From assembly GCF_000008465.1 (NCBI RefSeq), contig NC_006512.1:2807319-2839318 (forward strand): a stretch of DNA of 32,000 bases, in the 5' to 3' direction. Positions 29,531 through 32,000 of the stretch are shown piece after piece (within the stretch, counting starts at the first letter, position 1; the number at the start of each line of letters is the position of its first letter). The DNA is from Idiomarina loihiensis L2TR. GTDB lineage: Bacteria; Pseudomonadota; Gammaproteobacteria; Enterobacterales; Alteromonadaceae. The notes beneath the pieces were generated by a model. That model did no database searches, was not told the DNA's origin, and was given only the letters and a program-made list of their open reading frames with translations. The translations under genes and the position numbers were made by a program.

Positions 29531-31192
29531 TTACTTCTTGTTTCGAACGTTAATCCCTTTCTTTTCTAACCCACGGTAAATGATCAGCATTTGCGCAATG
29601 GTAATCAAGTTACTGACCAGCCAGTACAGTACCAGACCCGATGGGAACCACAGGAAGAATACGGTAAAGATAACCGGCATATACTGAAACAGTTTCTGTT
29701 GCATTGGGTCAGCTGTCGGTGTCGGCTGCAGTCGCTGCATCAGGAACATACTGGCACCCATTAAAATAGGCAGGATGTAGTATGGGTCTTTGGTTGACAG
29801 ATCCTGTATCCAGAACACAAAAGCAGAATGACGCAGTTCAACACTTTCCAATAGCACCCAGTATAGCGCCAGGAAGATTGGAAGTTGTAACAGCATAGGC
29901 AGACAGCCGCCCAGAGGATTCACTTTCTCCTCTTTATAGAGCTTCATCATGGCGCCTGACATCTTTTGTCGGTCGTCACCATAACGCTCGCGCAGAGCCG
30001 TCATTTTTGGCTGCAGCATGCGCATCTTAGCCATTGAAACGTATTGCGCCTTAGTTAGCGGGAACAATAGCGCTTTAACAATAACTGTGGTCAGGATAAT
30101 AGCCAGACCCCAGTTAATAACGATGCTTTGTAAGAACTGCAGCAGTTTGAATATCGGTTGAGCTAACCACCATAGGAAACCATAGTCGACGGTTAAGTCC
30201 AGATACTCGACGACTTCAGCCATAGCGTCTTGGTCTTTTGGACCCAGAAATACTTGAGACTCAATCGTTTTGGAGCTGCCTGGCTGAATATCAGTCATTG
30301 GATAAATGACACCGATAATTGCCTGGCTGCCATTGGCTACTCGAGAATAAAGACGATTTTGCTGACCTTGTTTCGGCACCCAGGCTGACACGAAATAGTG
30401 CTCAAGCATTCCGACCCAACCAGTTTGCGAAGTAACGTTCAGCTTTTTGTCCTGCATGCTGTCGAAATCGTATTTTTCGAACTTGTCTTCATCGTAGGAA
30501 TAAGCTGCACCAAAATAGGTAGGCATGATCATACTGCCACTTTCGCCTGAGTGTACGGAACGTTTTAATTGGCCGTAAAATTGGGTTTCAAGCGTTTTGC
30601 TGGTGTTATTTTCTACTTCGTACCGAACATCAACAGTGTATTTTCCTGGCGTGAAGGTAAATACTTTACGATAAACAGCGCCGTTCTCAGCCGTATAGGT
30701 TAAAGGAACTTCAATAACCTCGCTTGTAGACTCGTAGCTTTCTTGTTCGTAGTTATAAGAAGGGCGGCCGTCTTTGCCATCAATTCCGTCCGGGCCAATT
30801 AGGCCTGACTGAGCGACGTAAACGTTGTTTGAACTGTTTTGCAGAAGTTGAAAGCGTTCTTCAGAACCCTGAGTTTTCGCAAACTTGAGTAAGTGAGTCG
30901 AAACAACATCACCACCGCGGGTATCTATCTCAACATCTAACACGTCGGTGCGAACGTGAACTGTGGTTTCAGCCCGCTGAGCTACAACCGGCTGATCACT
31001 TTCCGGGACGTCTGCCGAAACGGCTGAACTGCCTGAGGGCACATCGCTGTTTTCAGCGTTATTGCTCGATTGTGTTGAGGTAACGTTTTCAGGTGCTTTT
31101 GTTCCGGGTGCGGTTTCCACCATCCAATTCTGGTATAGGAAGAAAGACACCACTAAAAAGGCAATAAATAATATCGTGCGTGGCGAATTCAT
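29531..31192 (-). CDS. yidC: Membrane protein insertase YidC
   Basis: 553 aa. N-terminal TM, large periplasmic domain, and a conserved C-terminal 5-TM core ([16 protein letters not shown]). Confidence 0.96.
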   Translation of the reverse strand: MNSPRTILFIAFLVVSFFLYQNWMVETAPGTKAPENVTSTQSSNNAENSDVPSGSSAVSADVPESDQPVVAQRAETTVHVRTDVLDVEIDTRGGDVVSTHLLKFAKTQGSEERFQLLQNSSNNVYVAQSGLIGPDGIDGKDGRPSYNYEQESYESTSEVIEVPLTYTAENGAVYRKVFTFTPGKYTVDVRYEVENNTSKTLETQFYGQLKRSVHSGESGSMIMPTYFGAAYSYDEDKFEKYDFDSMQDKKLNVTSQTGWVGMLEHYFVSAWVPKQGQQNRLYSRVANGSQAIIGVIYPMTDIQPGSSKTIESQVFLGPKDQDAMAEVVEYLDLTVDYGFLWWLAQPIFKLLQFLQSIVINWGLAIILTTVIVKALLFPLTKAQYVSMAKMRMLQPKMTALRERYGDDRQKMSGAMMKLYKEEKVNPLGGCLPMLLQLPIFLALYWVLLESVELRHSAFVFWIQDLSTKDPYYILPILMGASMFLMQRLQPTPTADPMQQKLFQYMPVIFTVFFLWFPSGLVLYWLVSNLITIAQMLIIYRGLEKKGINVRNKK

Positions 31193-31500
31193 AGTGATTT
31201 CGTCTCTGTTGGCTGATTTAGTAAAGATTCGGATTCGCTGTTATTTTCTGGCTTGGCGTCTTGCTTAGCAAGTGGAACCGGGTCGTAGCCGCCCTCATGA
31301 GCTGGGTGACATTTACTGATTCTTACTGCAGCAAGGCCAATGCCACGGATTGTACCGTGTTTTTGTATGGCCTCACAGGCATAATGTGAGCAAGATGGAT
31401 AAAAACGACAACGCGGGCCCAGCAGTGGACTGATAAACCACTGATAAACCTTTATGAACGCGATTGGTATTGTTCGCAACGCTTTGCTAATTTTCGCCAT
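31189..31500 (-). CDS. yidD: Membrane protein insertion efficiency factor YidD
   Basis: [27 protein letters not shown]...CHP...GGYDPVP signature. Overlaps the yidC start (ATGA) and the rnpA 3' end. Confidence 0.88.
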   Translation of the reverse strand: MAKISKALRTIPIAFIKVYQWFISPLLGPRCRFYPSCSHYACEAIQKHGTIRGIGLAAVRISKCHPAHEGGYDPVPLAKQDAKPENNSESESLLNQPTETKSL

Positions 31501-31829
31501 AAATAATTCAACGTATCCCGTAATGCGGCGTTATCCTGCTCGACAATACCCTGCTTAGCAATAATTACAATGTCAAAAGCGGGAATTTTATGTTGCCTTA
31601 AACGGAAGGTTTCACGTATTTGTCGTTTTATGCGGTTTCGGTCAACGGCGCGCTTAGCTCGCTTTTTGCTGACGGTAACACCAATACGTGGGTGCCCTAA
31701 CTCATTGGGGGTTGCCAACATAGTGACATGAGCAGTAACGGCTTTTACAGGAGGGTTTGAGAATACAGTCTGGAAATGAGAGGGAGTTAACAGACGTAAC
31801 TCCCTTCCGTATGAGATACTTTTATGCAC
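31452..31829 (-). CDS. rnpA: RNase P protein component
   Basis: 125 aa, GTG start. [11 protein letters not shown] and the RNR-like motif [15 protein letters not shown]. The start overlaps the rpmH end by 8 nt. Confidence 0.93.
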   Translation of the reverse strand: MHKSISYGRELRLLTPSHFQTVFSNPPVKAVTAHVTMLATPNELGHPRIGVTVSKKRAKRAVDRNRIKRQIRETFRLRQHKIPAFDIVIIAKQGIVEQDNAALRDTLNYLWRKLAKRCEQYQSRS

Positions 31830-31956
31830 TCAGTACTTTACGACCACGTGCACGGCGACGAGCCAGTACTTTGCGGCCATTTTTTGTTGCCATGCGAGCA
31901 CGGAAACCGTGTGAACGCTTGCGCTTTAATACGCTTGGTTGAAATGTTCTTTTCAT
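31822..31956 (-). CDS. rpmH: 50S ribosomal protein L34
   Basis: My own translation, since it is too short for the ORF track: [44 protein letters not shown], 44 aa. Confidence 0.95.
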   Translation of the reverse strand: MKRTFQPSVLKRKRSHGFRARMATKNGRKVLARRRARGRKVLSA

Positions 31957-32000
31957 AACTAATATTCCATCGGTCAGTTTGCTATTTCCCACGCTGGCCG

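Overview
Origin-proximal chromosomal segment of a gammaproteobacterium. Synteny and protein sequences look Alteromonadales-like (Idiomarina/Alteromonas group), but the genus cannot be fixed without a database search. Left third (1-9351): the tnsA-proximal part of an apparently intact Tn7-family transposon docked in attTn7, 25 nt downstream of the glmS stop codon. It carries tnsE (cut by the window edge, so missing from the supplied ORF track), tnsD, tnsC, tnsB and tnsA. Unusually, about 1.7 kb then separates tnsA from the right terminus. This stretch holds two orphan genes: an unrecognisable 175-aa protein behind a promoter with an embedded LexA/SOS-box-like site, and a 140-aa XRE/HTH regulator. 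The terminus itself has three 20-bp-spaced TnsB-type repeats. Remainder (9352-32000): conserved core genes, nearly all on the minus strand: glmS, glmU, atpCDGAHFEBI, parB, parA, rsmG, mnmG, an E. coli/Vibrio-type oriC, mioC, a small variable four-gene patch, then mnmE, yidC, yidD, rnpA, rpmH. The patch encodes a DUF442-type phosphatase-like exported protein, a long-form glyoxalase I, a GIY-YIG protein and a FUSC-family exporter. No CRISPR array, rRNA or tRNA was seen. The only place in this window with plausibly undescribed biology is the right-end-proximal module of the transposon (7640-9285). The classical Tn7 cargo bay, beyond tnsE, lies off the left edge and cannot be assessed.
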